64,000 nucleotides of DNA from Diplonema japonicum (taxonomy: Eukaryota > Protista > Euglenozoa: Diplonemea). This document shows, one piece after another, positions 62,325-64,000 of this stretch. The stretch's first letter is position 1; each line of letters opens with the position of its first letter. The notes beneath the pieces were generated by a model. That model did not search any database. It saw nothing but the letters and a program-made list of their open reading frames with translations, and had not been told where the DNA came from. Made by a program: the position numbers and the translations under genes. The stretch is from contig OZ025739.1 of the NCBI GenBank assembly GCA_964019335.1, forward strand, positions 335,133 to 399,132, in the 5' to 3' direction.

Positions 62325-62913
62325 GTCGTTCGTGTTCTGCTGGTGCCTGCCGCCTCTGCCTGGGTTTGCCGCTGCGTCCGTCGTCCGTCGTCGCCGTCGT
62401 CCGGGGGGGTTGTTTTGCCCGTCGGCCTGCCCGCCAACGAAAGGATCCCCCCATCACACACTATAAAACAAAAAAAAAAAATGGATCCAAGACGACTCGC
62501 AGGAGGAGGTGACCGCAGCCGCAGCCCGCAGGAGCAAGCCCGCAGCCAGCAGTGCACGGCACCGAGACCCACCCAACCAGGCAATCTGGTTGGGCAGTAT
62601 GAATCCCCACCCCCTAGATCCCCCCACCCCCCTTTAGAAAAAAAAATAATAAAAAAAAAATCACAAGCAGAGACCGCGGTTTTGACCGCCACAACCAAGG
62701 GAGCAGCAGCCCCTGCTACAGCCACGGCCGCCCCGGCCGCAAGCACGACTGCTGCAGCAGCCCCACTTCTTCCCCCGCTCTATGCTTTTTCGCATGGACA
62801 TTGGTCACTCTGCCCCTTTCCCCTTTTTTGATTCTCCCTCTTTCCCCCTCCTAAATTTTACCCCCTGCCCCACTCATTCCTCCCTAGTATGTTTTTGAAT
62901 TTGCCTCTTCTTC
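62287..62913 (+). mobile_element. SL-headed repeat element, copy 2 (module A 62287-62670, about 95 nt unique, module B 62766-62913)
   Basis: SL, about 155 nt of UTR-like sequence, an A-tract, ATG 62481 (MDPRRLAGGGDRSRSP...), then the pyrimidine-rich module B. Confidence 0.7.
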
Positions 62914-63155
62914 TTTTAAGCCTTTTTTGAGATTTTTATTTTTGAATTTTTATCATTTGGAGTTGCTTCTTCTTCTTCCCCTCTCCCTCCCATAAAGAAA
63001 AAGAGAAACCCATGCCTTCCTCGCAGGTTGGAACTTGATTGTCTGTTTTGGAATATTTTTATTTTCTCTTAAGATTTATCGTGCCTTGTGTGTCTTTTGA
63101 AGAAAAAAAAAAAAAAAAAAAACATTCTCAAGTCCCCCTTTTTAAAAAAAAAACC

Positions 63156-63396
63156 GTGGTCAAGGGCGTGGCGAGGGCGGCCATTAGGAAGGGGAAGGTT
63201 CTGGTGGAGAAGATGGAACTGGACTCGGAAGCGGAGCAGCACTCCCAGGAGGAGAGGAGGGAGCGGGAGGATCAGGAGGCGATGGAACGGGAAGCTGCGG
63301 CTACAGGAATGGAGGAGGAGGTAGCTGAGGCGGCGTTCTACCTGACAGGGATGGCTGCTCTGGCCGCGGCGAAGGCGGCGGAGAACAAGTTCCAGC
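63156..63396 (+). mobile_element. GC-rich truncated ORF fragment running into AAACCCGC repeats
   Basis: VVKGVARAAIRKGKVLVEKMELDSE...AAAKAAENKFQ; abrupt compositional boundaries; lies among the repeat modules. Confidence 0.4.
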
Positions 63397-63425
63397 AAAC
63401 CCGCAAACCCGCAAACCCGCAAACC
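63397..63425. repeat. (AAACCCGC)3 plus AAACC
   Basis: Seen directly. Confidence 0.95.
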
Positions 63426-63428
63426 GGG

Positions 63429-63647
63429 TTTTTTTTTTTTTTTTTTTTTTTTTTTTCTTTTTTCTTTTGTGGTGATGTGTTTTTCCTGTTTTTGATTTTC
63501 TTCTTCCCCCGCTCTATGCTTTTTCGCATGGACATTGGTCACTCTGCCCCTTTCCCCTTTTTTGATTCTCCCTCTTTCCCCCTCCTAAATTTTACCCCCT
63601 GCCCCACTCATTCCTCCCTAGTATGTTTTTGAATTTGCCTCTTCTTC
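63429..63647. repeat. Module B copy 3 with a T28 tract, embedded in AAACCCGC repeats
   Basis: Near-identical to 61752-61909 and 62766-62913 (..CCCCGCTCTATGCTTTTTCGCATGGACATTGGTCACTCTGCCCC..). Confidence 0.9.
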
Positions 63648-64000
63648 CGCAAACCCGCAAACCCGCAAACCCGCAAACCCGCAGACCCGCAAACCCGCAA
63701 ACCCGCAAACCCGCAAACCCGCAAACCCGCAAACCCGCCACAAACCCGCAAACCCGCAAACCCGCAAACCCGCAAACCCGCAAACCCGCAAACCCGCAAA
63801 CCCGCAAACCCGCAAACCCGCAAACCCGCAAACCCGCAAACCCGCAAACCCGCAAACCCGCAAACCCGCAAACCCGCAAACCCGCAAACCCGCAAACCCG
63901 CAAACCCGCAAACCCGCAAACCCGCAAACCCGCAAACCCGCAAACCCGCAAACCCGCAAACCCGCAAACCCGCAAACCCGCAAACCCGCAAACCCGCAAA
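63648..64000. repeat. Tandem array of the 8-nt unit AAACCCGC (TTTGCGGG on the - strand), about 44 units, running off the window end
   Basis: Seen directly; only two variant units (near 63684 and 63739). Confidence 0.97.

Noticed and set aside
61370-62470. Functional SL-RNA genes
   Set aside because: No shared upstream promoter, 5' ends are clipped, no GTATG donor, no nearby T-run terminator and no regular tandem array. Kept as SL-headed elements, pending the true SL-RNA sequence.
62597-62637. 41-nt GTATG...TTTAG intron inside the SL-headed element
   Set aside because: Copy 1 lacks the donor, and there is no conserved protein to test the frame.
63592-63999. Minus-strand ORFs of RVCGFAGL repeats
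   Set aside because: Artefact of a stop-free 8-nt tandem repeat.
63648-64000. Right-hand telomere of this contig, or a CRISPR array
   Set aside because: The C-rich strand runs toward the window end, the wrong polarity for a telomere; there are no spacers, so not CRISPR.

Overview
Eukaryotic nuclear DNA, most likely a diplonemid (Euglenozoa). The main clue is two genomic copies of a 39-nt spliced-leader (SL) exon that match the diplonemid SL as I recall it; a fused DHFR-TS and a strictly one-strand gene array agree. Bases 1-59974 hold 29 protein genes, all on the + strand, often under 150 nt apart and separated by homopolymer-rich spacers, as in a polycistronic, trans-spliced cluster. I can reconstruct 32 very small GT-AG cis-introns (32-53 nt; donor mostly GTATG; A/C-rich acceptors, usually with no polypyrimidine tract). 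They show a strong phase bias (25 phase 0, 7 phase 2, none phase 1) and crowd the 3' ends of genes. One intron looks like a tandem copy of the exon just upstream. After the last gene (about 60-64 kb) comes a mosaic of retroelement debris. It includes two SL exons fused directly to a repeat family rather than to an SL-RNA intron, a CRE/SLACS-like ORF fragment, and an (AAACCCGC)n array running off the window end. The SL-headed element and its repeat array are the best candidate for an undescribed system. All calls are by eye; no database searches were run.
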